Positions 20,773 to 31,020 are shown, counted from the first letter of the stretch. The stretch: DNA of 64,000 nucleotides from Parcubacteria group bacterium (GCA_003104935.1 PQAE01000004.1:6835-70834); one strand, 5' to 3'. Numbers and translations: made by a program. Notes: a model not told the origin generated them from the letters alone.

Positions 20773-20839
20773 TTTTGGTGTTATTTTCAGGTAAAATATG
20801 TTAAAATTTAGCCACCAAGTATAATTTTTAATCAAGAAT

Positions 20840-22213
20840 ATGCAGGATCAGATTTTTAAAGCTTATGATATCCGGGGCATTTACCCCAGCGAGATAAGTG
20901 AAGTTGATGTGCCTCAGATTGCTCAGGCCTATTTGGTCTTATTATCAGAAAAATTAAGCAAGCCTATAAAGGACTTAAAAATAGCTGTAGGCCGGGACGC
21001 TCGCCTGTCCTCGCCGCTACTCTTAGAAAAAGCGATCGAGACATTTTTGCAATTTGGCGTCACCGTAGATGATTATGGGCCGATGTCCAGCAACGATTAC
21101 TATTTTGTGGTGGGAAATTATAAATATGACGGCGGCCTGATGGCCACGGCTTCGCACAATCCGCCAGAGTATGGCGGCTTTAAGATGGCTTTTGCCAACA
21201 ATCAACATCCGGACAGTATTGATTTCTTAGCCGGCCGGGAATTATACGCCAAATTAAAAACTTTGAGTTTTCCTCTAGAGGCGCCAGCCAAAGCGGGGAC
21301 GCGCACGAGTAAAGATTATATTCAGGAGCACCTGCAACATATTTTTAATTTTGTGGAGTTAGAAAAAATTACCGCCAAAAATATTGTAGTGGACAGCGGC
21401 AACGGCATGACGGCCGTCATGATTCCGGAAATATTTAAAAAACTCCCAGGAAAAATGACCAATATTTTTGACGAGCTGGACGGCACTTTTCCTAACCGGC
21501 CGCCCAATCCTTTGACTCCCGGGGCGCCGGACAAATTGATAGCAAAAGTCCGGGAAGAAAAAGCGGATCTGGGCGTGATTTATGACATTGACGGCGATAG
21601 GATGTTTTTGGTGGACGAGAAAGGAAATTTTATCCGCGGAGACATGATTTTGCTTTTATTAGCAAAAGCTATGCTGGCTAAAAATCCCGGCGCCGGCGTC
21701 GCCTACAATTTGATTTGTTCCCATGCAGTACCGGAGCTAATCACTAAATGGGGCGGCCGGCCATTGCGTAGTGAAGTCGGCTATATGAACCTGTCGCGAC
21801 ACATGCGAGAGGAGGGAGGCGTCATGAGCGGAGAAGTATCGGCCCACTTTGCTTTTCGGGATAACTTTTATGCCGACTCCGGCTATATCGCTTTATTATT
21901 AGTATTACAGACTCTGTCGGAGGATGGCCGGCCGCTTTCAGAATTAATCAAAGAATATTCTTTGTATCACCGAGCGGATGAATATAATCTTAAAGTCGCG
22001 GACGTAGCGTCCGAGCTGGATAAAATTAGAAATAAATATCATGACAATATCCGCGATGAGATCGACGGCATCACAGCCGAATTCGGCGACTGGTGGTTTA
22101 ATGTCCGGGCCTCCAACACCGAACCGCTTTTACGCATCACCGTCGAGGCTAAGACCAAAGCGATGCTGGATGACAAGCAAAAAGAATTAGTGGAACTGGT
22201 GCAAAATCAATGA
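20840..22213 (+). CDS. Phosphomannomutase/phosphoglucomutase
   Basis: FKAYDIRG, TASHNP, DIDGDR, GEVSAH, RASNTEP. Confidence 0.93.
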   Translation: MQDQIFKAYDIRGIYPSEISEVDVPQIAQAYLVLLSEKLSKPIKDLKIAVGRDARLSSPLLLEKAIETFLQFGVTVDDYGPMSSNDYYFVVGNYKYDGGLMATASHNPPEYGGFKMAFANNQHPDSIDFLAGRELYAKLKTLSFPLEAPAKAGTRTSKDYIQEHLQHIFNFVELEKITAKNIVVDSGNGMTAVMIPEIFKKLPGKMTNIFDELDGTFPNRPPNPLTPGAPDKLIAKVREEKADLGVIYDIDGDRMFLVDEKGNFIRGDMILLLLAKAMLAKNPGAGVAYNLICSHAVPELITKWGGRPLRSEVGYMNLSRHMREEGGVMSGEVSAHFAFRDNFYADSGYIALLLVLQTLSEDGRPLSELIKEYSLYHRADEYNLKVADVASELDKIRNKYHDNIRDEIDGITAEFGDWWFNVRASNTEPLLRITVEAKTKAMLDDKQKELVELVQNQ

Positions 22214-23016
22214 TCGGGATTTTTGATTCCGGATTTGGCGGTTTGACCATATTCGGTGACATTGAAAGACAACTGCCCGAATATGATTATATCTATTTAG
22301 GCGACAACGCCCGTGCTCCTTACGGCAATCACAGCCAGGAGCTGATTTATGAATATACCCGACAGGCGGTAGATTATCTATTTAATCAAGGTTGTGATTT
22401 GATTATTTTGGCTTGTCATACTGCCTCGGCTGAGGCCTTACGTAAACTCCAGCAAGAATATTTGCCAAAAAATTGGCCGGGGAAAAATGTCTTGGGTGTG
22501 ATTCGTCCCATTGCCGAGGAGGCGATCCGCCTAAGCTCGGGTAAAAAAGTGGCCGTTATCGGCACCCAGAGCACCATTGATTCTCAGAGCTATATCCGCG
22601 AGATCCAACATCAGGATCCGTCTATTGCCGTAATCCAGCAGGCCTGTCCGCTGTTAGTACCGATTATTGAAGAAGGACAAATCCAGGCTCCCAGCACCCG
22701 GCAGATACTAAGGGACTATCTGGAGTCGATTAAAGAAGCCAAGCCTGACGTGCTGATACTAGGCTGCACCCACTACGGCTGGCTCTATGATATAATAAAT
22801 AAATTACTAGGCGGACAGGTGCAGATATTAGACAGCGGGCGGATTGTAGCGGAAAAATTGGCAGATTATTTGGCACGACATTCAGATTTAGTTAAAAAAA
22901 GTTTGGCCGAACCGCAAAGGATATTTCTCACTACCGATGACAATAAAAAATTTGACCGGGCCGCCCAAAAATGGCTGGGTCGGGAAATAAAATCACAGAT
23001 AATAAAATTAACCTAA
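22210..23016 (+). CDS. murI: Glutamate racemase
   Basis: IGIFDSGFGGL, ACHTAS, LGCTHY. Confidence 0.95.
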   Translation: MIGIFDSGFGGLTIFGDIERQLPEYDYIYLGDNARAPYGNHSQELIYEYTRQAVDYLFNQGCDLIILACHTASAEALRKLQQEYLPKNWPGKNVLGVIRPIAEEAIRLSSGKKVAVIGTQSTIDSQSYIREIQHQDPSIAVIQQACPLLVPIIEEGQIQAPSTRQILRDYLESIKEAKPDVLILGCTHYGWLYDIINKLLGGQVQILDSGRIVAEKLADYLARHSDLVKKSLAEPQRIFLTTDDNKKFDRAAQKWLGREIKSQIIKLT

Positions 23017-23027
23017 AATTTATATAT

Positions 23028-24068
23028 ATGGTCAGTCAAAAAGTACAAATAGCCTTTTTTGAAACCGGGCCTTGGGAAAAAGAATATTTAAAAAAGCGTC
23101 TGCCCGGAGCGGCCCTATCATTTTTTCCGGATGTCTTGTCAGCCAAAGATCTGGCTAAATTAAAAATTACCCAAATTTTATCGCCTTTTATATATTCCAA
23201 AATAGGCAGCGGCATTATTAAAGCTATGCCCAAGCTAAAATTAATTGCCACGCGTTCCACCGGGTTTGACCATATTGATTTGAAAGCCGCGCGGGGGGCC
23301 AAAGTGCAGGTGGCCAATGTTCCGGCCTACGGAGAGAACACGGTGGCCGAGCACACCTTTGCCTTAATTTTATCTTTATCCCGTAAGATTCACCAATCCT
23401 ACGAAAGAACTTCGCGCGGTAATTTTAGTTTGGAAGGACTGCGGGGCTTTGATCTGAAAAATAAAACTATCGGACTGGTGGGCTGCGGGCACATCGGCCA
23501 GCACGTGGTGCGCATGGCGCGGGGTTTTGAAATGAATGTTTTAGTTTATGATGTCAAGAGAAATGCTAGACTGGCCCGGCAATTTGGCTTCAAATATGTT
23601 GGCCTTAATGATCTGTTAAAGAAATCTGATATTATTACGTTGCACGCGCCCTATAATAAGGCCACCCACCATATTATTAACCGAAAAAATATTAAAATAA
23701 TAAAAAATGGCGCCATACTTATAAACACTGCGCGGGGCGGCTTGGTGGACACCACGGCTTTAGTTGACGGCTTGCGTAGCGGTCGTCTAGCCGGCATTGG
23801 ATTGGACGTTTTGGAAGAGGAGAAGTATATTCTTAAAGAAGAGGCCCAGCTACTGTCACCGCATTTTGGCATCAAAGGCAAAGAAAATATTGCGGAGTAT
23901 TTACAGACCATCGTAGAGGGACATATGCTTTTAATTTCAGATAAAGTAATTGTTACGCCGCATAATGCTTTTAACAGCCAGGAGGCACTAGAGAGGATTT
24001 TAGATACCACGATAGAAAATATCAAAGATTTTGTGGCCAAGCGAAAACTGAAAAATTTAGTTAAATAA
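23028..24068 (+). CDS. D-2-hydroxyacid dehydrogenase (D-lactate dehydrogenase-like)
   Basis: RSTGFDHID, VAEH, GCGHIG, INTARG, TPHNAF; start at MVSQKV. Confidence 0.9.
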   Translation: MVSQKVQIAFFETGPWEKEYLKKRLPGAALSFFPDVLSAKDLAKLKITQILSPFIYSKIGSGIIKAMPKLKLIATRSTGFDHIDLKAARGAKVQVANVPAYGENTVAEHTFALILSLSRKIHQSYERTSRGNFSLEGLRGFDLKNKTIGLVGCGHIGQHVVRMARGFEMNVLVYDVKRNARLARQFGFKYVGLNDLLKKSDIITLHAPYNKATHHIINRKNIKIIKNGAILINTARGGLVDTTALVDGLRSGRLAGIGLDVLEEEKYILKEEAQLLSPHFGIKGKENIAEYLQTIVEGHMLLISDKVIVTPHNAFNSQEALERILDTTIENIKDFVAKRKLKNLVK

Positions 24069-24084
24069 ATTTAAATATAATTTT

Positions 24085-24570
24085 ATGAGTTTTGAAAAAC
24101 GACTAGCCGGCCAGGCAGAGGCCGAAGAACAGGCAGTAGAAATAAGCTGGGATCAGCAAATGTCCCAAGCCGAGCAAGCTTTTGAAGCTAGGTCTATAGC
24201 TGCCCAGACCATAGACAAAGAAGCGCTGGCCGCAACGCAGGAGGGATTAAAAGAAGCAGCGGTACGGCAGATGGACGAAGAAGAACAAGCGGAGGGTTTT
24301 GCCGAATTGAATTTAGATGATTTAAACAAGCTACTGGGCCAGGCTTATCAGACCAGAGAAGCAGCTTTTTTTGCCCGCCGAGATTTGCTGGACAAAACTC
24401 TTACCGCCCCAAAATATAAAGTGAGCGCCCAAGAATTTCAATCAGCTCTAGGAGCCTTTGAAGCTACTTATAGAAACGAGGTTTGTAGTAATGAGAGAAT
24501 TCAACGTTTGGAAAAATGGATTAGCAAAAATGATCCTTATAGCGCGGAAAATTTGAAAAAAAGTGAATAA
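24085..24570 (+). CDS. Hypothetical acidic helical protein
   Basis: 161-aa ORF co-directional with the operon. Confidence 0.6.
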   Translation: MSFEKRLAGQAEAEEQAVEISWDQQMSQAEQAFEARSIAAQTIDKEALAATQEGLKEAAVRQMDEEEQAEGFAELNLDDLNKLLGQAYQTREAAFFARRDLLDKTLTAPKYKVSAQEFQSALGAFEATYRNEVCSNERIQRLEKWISKNDPYSAENLKKSE

Positions 24571-24591
24571 AATAATTTTGTAGATATTTGA

Positions 24592-24620
24592 AGAGGCCTT
24601 GCGCTGCGCGCAAGGCCTCT
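24592..24620. terminator. Hairpin between convergent genes
   Basis: AGAGGCCTTGCGC/GCGCAAGGCCTCT. Confidence 0.7.
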
Positions 24621-24642
24621 TTGGCAATTTTCCCGGGGATTG

Positions 24643-25008
24643 CTAGCGGTTGGACCGAGCTACCAGTAGCTCGTGCACCTTGTCCTTGAGCTCGGACGTG
24701 TCCGAACTCTTGATCAGGTAGGCATCGGCCAGCCAGGATGAGAAATGTTCCCGGTAAGTCGTATAGCTGGAGTTGATGATGACCGAAAGTGACGGTCGGA
24801 TCTGCATCAGGCGACGCAGGACATCAAGCCCGTTTTCCGCTTCCAGGCGGGCATCCAGAATTGCCAGATCTGGGGCAACGCTTTGCGTCAGCTCCAGAGC
24901 CTCGGTTCCGTTGGTCGCTGTGACCACATCGTAGCTCTCTTCTTCTAGCTCAAGTTGGTACAATTTGCGGATACTGGCATCATCATCGACCACGAGAATC
25001 TTGGCCAT
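24643..25008 (-). CDS. Single-domain response regulator (receiver only)
   Basis: KILVVDDD, PDLAILD (phospho-Asp), AYLIKS; GGAGG upstream of MAKIL. Confidence 0.9.
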   Translation of the reverse strand: MAKILVVDDDASIRKLYQLELEEESYDVVTATNGTEALELTQSVAPDLAILDARLEAENGLDVLRRLMQIRPSLSVIINSSYTTYREHFSSWLADAYLIKSSDTSELKDKVHELLVARSNR

Positions 25009-25118
25009 TTTTCCTCCGGGGGTGATGAGGAGTGAGACAATCAGCGCCATATCAACGAAACGAACAAAAGACCGGCCAGATTATCACGGAGTAGATAATT
25101 TGTAAAGGCCACATATCA

Positions 25119-25148
25119 AAAGCCCTGTACCGTATGGTGCAGGGCTTT
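25119..25148 (-). terminator. Hairpin terminator
   Basis: AAAGCCCTGTACC GTAT GGTGCAGGGCTTT. Confidence 0.65.
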
Positions 25149-25512
25149 ATTTGACCTGGCTTGGCTGAAGCAAGGTCGGTGTCTTGTTCTCGCTGTAGTG
25201 TTCGCAGGGAGGCACGTCGATTAAGGTGCGACGACCCTTGAAAACAGGATCCTTGTACCAGACGAAGAGCGATCCATAGCGGTTGATGGACGCAAAGCGG
25301 ACCACAGCATCACTTTTCTGATACAGTTTAAGCAGGGATTTTTTACGTTGCTCCAGGCTTAAACCTTTACAGCAGTTGATGCTATCTACTGCCGCAGCGT
25401 GTTCACCCAGAGCCGTGATGTCGATTTGCCAGCGGGCGCGGGGAGCCGACCCACAGGCAGACAGTAGAATCAGGAGTAGCACTACCGGGATCAAATAGCG
25501 ATACCGGACCAT
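25147..25512 (-). CDS. Hypothetical lipoprotein
   Basis: Lipobox LLSA|C after a hydrophobic stretch; AGGAGG SD. Confidence 0.65.
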   Translation of the reverse strand: MVRYRYLIPVVLLLILLSACGSAPRARWQIDITALGEHAAAVDSINCCKGLSLEQRKKSLLKLYQKSDAVVRFASINRYGSLFVWYKDPVFKGRRTLIDVPPCEHYSENKTPTLLQPSQVK

Positions 25513-25641
25513 GAGCCACCTCCTAAAAGAGACGTAAGTGGAAGGACAAAAATTAGTAATAATCTAGCACGGAGCAGGCGCGCTTGTCCAGTTTTTAAAA
25601 AAGCCGCCCCTCAACTACGCTCGGGGCGGCTAAGAAATATT

Positions 25642-26616
25642 CTAGATTAATCCCACTAATTTTTTTATTTCCAACAAGTTTTTATCGGCCAGCACTTGGG
25701 CTTTTTTGGCGCCGTCAGAAAGAATTTTTTCCACTTCTAGGGGGTGAGCATCATAGTATTTTATTTTTTTTTGCACTGGCTTGAGAAATTTTAAAACAGA
25801 TTTGGTCAGCTCGTCCTTGAGTGTGGAATTCATCAATTGTTTTTTAGCTAAGTCCCGATTAAATTTTTTGTACTTAGTTGTTTCACCGAATATTTTATAT
25901 AATTCCAGCAGATTTTTTACGCCTGCCTCATCAGCCACAGCTTTTTTAATTTTTTTGGTTATGGTTGCGGCATTGTCGCGGATAGCGATATAGCTGGTTT
26001 CGCCCAAGGACTTGGACATTTTTTTATTCGGAGCATTAAGTGACATCACGCGGATGTTTTTCGACAGTATTGGTTGGATTTCCGCAAAATATTTTTTATA
26101 TTTATTATTAAATTTTCTGGCTAGCACACGAGTCAACTCCAAGTGCTGTAGCTGGTCTTCTCCCACCGGCACATATTCAGCTCCATAGATCAGGATATCG
26201 GCGGCCATCAAAGCCGGGTAGGTCAGTAAGCCGGCATTGACATTTTTGGGCTGTCGGACACACATATCTTTGTATTGGGTCATGCGCTCCAATTCAGCCA
26301 CCGGGATCAGGCAATTAAAAATCCAATCGAGTTCGGTGTGGCCAGTTACCTCAGATTGTTTACATAAAATAGATTTTTTAGGATTGATGCCCAGGGCCAG
26401 TAAATCTACAGCTAACTCACGAGTATTTTTTCTCAGCGTAGCGGCATCGATATCAATAGTCAGAGCGTGCAGATCCACTACGGAGTAAATACAATCATAT
26501 TTTTTTTGCAGATCCACCCAATTTTTGATGGCGCCCAGGTAATTACCCAAATGAAGCTGGCCAGTTGGTTTGATGCCCGAAAATAGTGTTTTCATCCCGT
26601 TAGAATTTTTATTCAT
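25642..26616 (-). CDS. trpS: Tryptophanyl-tRNA synthetase
   Basis: SGIKPTG.LHLGNY, YPALMAADI, VPVGEDQ, KMSKS; start is 26616 or 26595. Confidence 0.97.
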   Translation of the reverse strand: MNKNSNGMKTLFSGIKPTGQLHLGNYLGAIKNWVDLQKKYDCIYSVVDLHALTIDIDAATLRKNTRELAVDLLALGINPKKSILCKQSEVTGHTELDWIFNCLIPVAELERMTQYKDMCVRQPKNVNAGLLTYPALMAADILIYGAEYVPVGEDQLQHLELTRVLARKFNNKYKKYFAEIQPILSKNIRVMSLNAPNKKMSKSLGETSYIAIRDNAATITKKIKKAVADEAGVKNLLELYKIFGETTKYKKFNRDLAKKQLMNSTLKDELTKSVLKFLKPVQKKIKYYDAHPLEVEKILSDGAKKAQVLADKNLLEIKKLVGLI

Positions 26617-26680
26617 ATTATATTGATAATAGCCTAATTGTATAAAAATAAGTCCCGGCTGTAAAGCGGGGCTAAAGTTA

Positions 26681-26707
26681 AGGAGGAGACTCGTCGCGAG
26701 TCTCCTC
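26681..26707 (-). terminator. Hairpin after the small ORF
   Basis: GGAGGAGACTCG..CGAGTCTCCTCC. Confidence 0.6.
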
Positions 26708-26762
26708 CGAATTGGCCTTTTGGACCACGAGTGCTGGGTTGCGTCCCAACAGGACTTTTCTT

Positions 26763-26861
26763 TCATCCCATCGGGAATGCTTGAGCAGTGTCCACGAAGA
26801 TGACTGCCAGCGCGCCCCAGATGATGCCGTAGATGAGGATTGTACGGATCAGCGACTTCAT
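26763..26861 (-). CDS. 32-aa small hydrophobic protein MKSLIRTILIYGIIWGALAVIFVDTAQAFPMG
   Basis: Translated by hand; AAGGAG SD upstream and a hairpin downstream. Confidence 0.6.
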   Translation of the reverse strand: MKSLIRTILIYGIIWGALAVIFVDTAQAFPMG

Positions 26862-26912
26862 ATGCGCTCCTTTCGTAGCGCTTTTGAGGTCAATAATATT
26901 ATATATAAATAA

Positions 26913-28847
26913 TTACACTTCGACAACTACCGGAAGGATCATGGGCCGGCGTTGAGTTTTTTGGTAGATAAACTGTCCCAGACTATTACGCAGAGCATCT
27001 TTGATGTAGGCGTCATTGACTTGAGTGTGCGTCTTGTTATGCTCATTGATGACATTTTTTACCCTGGTACGGATGGTCTCCACGATTTCTTTGTTTTCCC
27101 GCATATAGATAAAGCCACGGGAGATAATGTCGGGCGAGTGCACCAAACGGCCGGATTTGCCGGACATTGTGGCGATCACCACGATCATTCCGTCCTCGGC
27201 CATCATCTGGCGGTCGCGCAGTACTACATTGGACACATCACCGACTCCCAGACCGTCTACAAAGACGTATTCAGAGATCGCTTTTTCTTTGGCGATATGA
27301 GCATTGCGGTTGCGGTCAAACTCAATGATAGCGCCGTTGTCCGGCACAATCACCCTATTTTCCGGCATACCCGCCCGGTAAGCAACCTTGGCGTGAACTT
27401 TGAGGAATGAATGATTGCCATAAACCGGGATATGGTATTTGGGTTTAATCATCTTGATCATATCAAAAAGATCTTCCTGCTTGGCGTGTCCGCCGGCGTG
27501 CACATCCATCATTTTGTAATGGATGACTTCGGCGCCTAAGCGGTAGAGGTTATCTTTTAGTCTCTGTACCGATCTTTCGTTTCCTGGAATGACTGAAGAG
27601 GAAAAGACGATAGTGTCGCCTTTTTCCACCTTGAGAGTTTTGTGTTCGCGGTTAGCGATACGCATCAGCACGGCGTTGTCTTCGCCCTGGGCGCCGGTGC
27701 AGAGAATGATAATTTTATTATCCGGATAATGACGCATATCTTTGAGTGTGATCAGAGTGCCGCGGCGCACCTTCATATAGCCGAGAGTTTGAGCTAATTC
27801 AACATTGCGTTTCATGCCGTAGCCCTCGATCACTACCTTTTTTTCCAGTTTTTCAGCGGCCCAGATTATCTGCTGGATACGGCCGAGTAGAGAGGCAAAG
27901 GTGCCGATGATCACCCGGCTCGGCGCATCTTTCAGGATTTTGTCGATATTTCCCTGGATCTCGTATTCTTTGAGCTGATGCCCTTCCTGGGTGGCGTTGG
28001 TGGAATCAGCCATCAGTGCCAGGACATTTTGTCGGCCTAGGCCGATAATTTTATCCATCTCCGTCGGTACATCGCCTGAGCTTTTGCTGTCCAACTTAAA
28101 GTCGCCGGTATGGACAATCTTGCCCAGCGGAGTGTCTATAATGACGCCCAGAGAACCGGGAATATTGTGGCTGACTCCATAAAAACTGATCTTGAACTTA
28201 CCCAAAACCAAAACTGTGTCGCTGGTAATAGATTTTAATTTGAGTGCCTGTTTGTTTTCATAATCTTCCTGGCGCTTGGCGATGATGCCTAGAGTCAGCG
28301 GCGTGCCGTAAATAGTCGGATTGCCTAGCACCGGAATCAGGTGGGGAATGGCGCCGATATGATCATAGTGTCCGTGGGTGATAATCACGCCGCGGATATT
28401 TTTTTCTTTTCCCTTGAGATAGGAAATATTAGGGATGATATAGTCAATGCCTGGCATGTCTTCTTCCGGCCACTGCAGACCCATGTCTACGATGACTATA
28501 TCCTGGTCGTATTCAAAGACGGTCATATTGCGGCCAACCTCCTCACAACCGCCAATGGGTATAACGCGCAGTTTAAGATCGCCGCGGGGCGCCTCTGGTC
28601 GGGGAGAGGGCTTATTAAAGGCAATTTCCGTTTTAGGGCGCGGCGTATTCTTGGCGCCTGAGTAATTTTTGGCAAAATTCGCCTGGCGGCGACCCGGACG
28701 GTTGTCGTTTTTTTTGCCCTGATAGTGGCCTGGTTGATTGCGGCGTTTGCCGTGGCTAAAATGGCCCTTGGGGGCGCTGCCACTGACTTTTTTATCGGGA
28801 TGGGAAATGGATAAAAGGCTATCAGTCGTATCTTTCGTTACTTTCAT
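26913..28847 (-). CDS. rnj: Ribonuclease J
   Basis: GGCEEVGRNM, THGHYDHIG, HTGDFK, HAGGHA, RRPMILPVV; ~90-aa basic N-terminal extension. Confidence 0.96.
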   Translation of the reverse strand: MKVTKDTTDSLLSISHPDKKVSGSAPKGHFSHGKRRNQPGHYQGKKNDNRPGRRQANFAKNYSGAKNTPRPKTEIAFNKPSPRPEAPRGDLKLRVIPIGGCEEVGRNMTVFEYDQDIVIVDMGLQWPEEDMPGIDYIIPNISYLKGKEKNIRGVIITHGHYDHIGAIPHLIPVLGNPTIYGTPLTLGIIAKRQEDYENKQALKLKSITSDTVLVLGKFKISFYGVSHNIPGSLGVIIDTPLGKIVHTGDFKLDSKSSGDVPTEMDKIIGLGRQNVLALMADSTNATQEGHQLKEYEIQGNIDKILKDAPSRVIIGTFASLLGRIQQIIWAAEKLEKKVVIEGYGMKRNVELAQTLGYMKVRRGTLITLKDMRHYPDNKIIILCTGAQGEDNAVLMRIANREHKTLKVEKGDTIVFSSSVIPGNERSVQRLKDNLYRLGAEVIHYKMMDVHAGGHAKQEDLFDMIKMIKPKYHIPVYGNHSFLKVHAKVAYRAGMPENRVIVPDNGAIIEFDRNRNAHIAKEKAISEYVFVDGLGVGDVSNVVLRDRQMMAEDGMIVVIATMSGKSGRLVHSPDIISRGFIYMRENKEIVETIRTRVKNVINEHNKTHTQVNDAYIKDALRNSLGQFIYQKTQRRPMILPVVVEV

Positions 28848-28873
28848 GAATGTAATTTAATTTTTAAGATTGA

Positions 28874-30751
28874 TTATTTAGCTAAGACTCTTTTAGTTTT
28901 GATATACCAAGAGTTGATATTGTCAAATCTATCCGCCGGCAAATTGATAAAGCGCAATTGGTCTAGGCCCTTGAGCTTGGCGCTAGTCGGGTAGATATAA
29001 GTGGGATTATATAAAAAGATGGCAAAGTTTAATTCGATTAGTTTGGTTTGAAAATTTTTCAGCGGTTCTATTTTTTGGTCCTCGGCTTTGGCAATGCGGA
29101 TCTGGTCGAGATATTTGTCTATATCTTTATTTGAAAAAATGCTTAAGTTTAGCCCGGGATTTTGGGTCTGGCTGGAATGCCAGAAAGGATAGGGACCAGA
29201 GCTGGTGTTGATCACCTGCCCGTAAAGTAGGGCTTCGTATTGGCGTGGTTCGATCACATTTTGGCGGATTTTATCTTTGGAAACGATTTCCAAATCAGTG
29301 CGTACGCCGATCGCTTCCCAATTTTCCTTGATTATGGCCACAGCCTTGACGGTTTCAGTCTGATCCACAGTGGTCAGCTTAATAGCTAAATCCACTAGAT
29401 CATTGCCATTTTTTTTCTGCCGGAAAGTCTGGCCTTCAGCGATAGTCCATCCCAGGTCGCTAAGAATTTTTTTGGCTTGGTCCGGATCATATTGCGGGCC
29501 TTTGATAGCCGCATCATATCCGGTCAGCCCCGGTAATATCGGCGTGTCGATAATTTGTCCGTCATTGTTGAGCACCTCGGTTAAAACGCGGTTTTTATTG
29601 ACCGCCAGCGCCAATGCCGAGCGCAGTTTGTCGTCTTCTAGCAACTTGTTGTTTTTGGGATTATAGAAAACAGCGGTGTATTGGGGTAATTGTAGATTAT
29701 GGAATTGGGTTTGTCCGCCCCTGACCTGATTTTTGTATTCCTTGGGCAAAAAACTTAATCCTTCTACGTTTTTATTTTCCAGAGCGGTCACGCCGGCGGA
29801 AAAATCGGCAAAAAATTTAAAATTTAATTCCTTGATGTAGGGAGCGCCGAAATGATAGTGGTCGTAGGCCTCCAAGGTATAGGTTTTGATATTGCCGCTG
29901 GCATCGCGGGAGAGCGATTTAAATCTATATGGCCCGGAACCGATCGGCTTGGTGTTTAACTCGGCTAAGGAAGCGCCGAAGGCCGGGATGCTGTACCAGA
30001 GATGTTCCGGTATCAGTCCCACGGTCAGTGCCGACAAAAAAGGCGCGAAGGGTTTGGTTAAAATGAATTGGACCGTAGTATCATTTATTTTTTTTACCGT
30101 GACGCCGTTGAAACTGTTTCTAAAAGGACTGCCGAAATCCGGGTTTTTTATACTAGCTACAGTGAAGATTACGTCATCGACGGTGATGGGCTGGTCATCG
30201 TGCCAGCGGAGGTTGTTTTGTAGTTCAAAAGTGTAAGTAGTTTGCTCGGCGTTAATCTTGTAGGCTTTGGCCAAATCGGGAATAATATTGCCTTGCTGGT
30301 CGTATTTAAGCAATCCGGAATAAACCAATTTGACCAGGTCCCGGTCGGCATCAGTTGAAACTAGGATGGGATTGATCAATCGGGGAACGCCGATGAGCCC
30401 TTCAGTGTAACTGCCGCCCTGGGCGGGTAATAGAGTGGAGTGTCGGGCATAGGCCCGCCAGGAAAAAATCGCCAGCGAACTGACTAATATCAGCAACGCT
30501 ATAACCATTTTTATTTTTTCCGTGCGGCGTAAAATCTGTCCGATCTGACGGAGTTGGTGCCAGGAGGGCCAGCTTTTTTTGTTGAGCTGTAGGACCAATT
30601 GTTCGTTGATATCGATGGGAGCATCCTCCTGGGGTTTTATTCGGCGGAGCAGGCTAAAAATACCGCTGAACAGGCGACCGGTTTTTTTTGCTATAAGAAA
30701 AATAATGAGTTTTAACGGCCGAGCGATTTTAGTAATTCGGCCGTTTTCCAA
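28874..30751 (-). CDS. ABC-type peptide-binding protein (SBP family 5), TM-anchored
   Basis: GGSYTEG, YSGL, PDLA, WHDD.PIT.DDV.FT, PIGSGPY. Confidence 0.88.
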   Translation of the reverse strand: MENGRITKIARPLKLIIFLIAKKTGRLFSGIFSLLRRIKPQEDAPIDINEQLVLQLNKKSWPSWHQLRQIGQILRRTEKIKMVIALLILVSSLAIFSWRAYARHSTLLPAQGGSYTEGLIGVPRLINPILVSTDADRDLVKLVYSGLLKYDQQGNIIPDLAKAYKINAEQTTYTFELQNNLRWHDDQPITVDDVIFTVASIKNPDFGSPFRNSFNGVTVKKINDTTVQFILTKPFAPFLSALTVGLIPEHLWYSIPAFGASLAELNTKPIGSGPYRFKSLSRDASGNIKTYTLEAYDHYHFGAPYIKELNFKFFADFSAGVTALENKNVEGLSFLPKEYKNQVRGGQTQFHNLQLPQYTAVFYNPKNNKLLEDDKLRSALALAVNKNRVLTEVLNNDGQIIDTPILPGLTGYDAAIKGPQYDPDQAKKILSDLGWTIAEGQTFRQKKNGNDLVDLAIKLTTVDQTETVKAVAIIKENWEAIGVRTDLEIVSKDKIRQNVIEPRQYEALLYGQVINTSSGPYPFWHSSQTQNPGLNLSIFSNKDIDKYLDQIRIAKAEDQKIEPLKNFQTKLIELNFAIFLYNPTYIYPTSAKLKGLDQLRFINLPADRFDNINSWYIKTKRVLAK

Positions 30752-30772
30752 GTTGGGCGAAATATTTTTTGC

Positions 30773-30994
30773 TTAATTACCAATAAAGAGATTAGCCAAA
30801 GCAGTGGCTAAAAATAAGACACAAAGGATGATGGTCAGGCGGAAAATCGTTTTTTCCGCGCCCCGTTTGGTGCGGTAGACGGCACTATCGCCGCCAAAAG
30901 CCGATCCTAAACCAGATCCCTTTTGTTGTAGTAAAATGGAGATAATCAAAAGAATAGAGATGACGATCTGAATGATGTATAGGGTATTTTTCAT
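30773..30994 (-). CDS. secG: Preprotein translocase subunit SecG
   Basis: ILLQQKGSGLGSAFGG, RGAEK, two TMs. Confidence 0.93.
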   Translation of the reverse strand: MKNTLYIIQIVISILLIISILLQQKGSGLGSAFGGDSAVYRTKRGAEKTIFRLTIILCVLFLATALANLFIGN

Positions 30995-31020
30995 TGTCTA
31001 GAAGTGTTATAACTTTTAAT

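Noticed and set aside
26617-26766. N-terminal extension of trpS or a T-box leader
   Set aside because: The region holds hairpins and the end of a separate small ORF; no T-box consensus was seen
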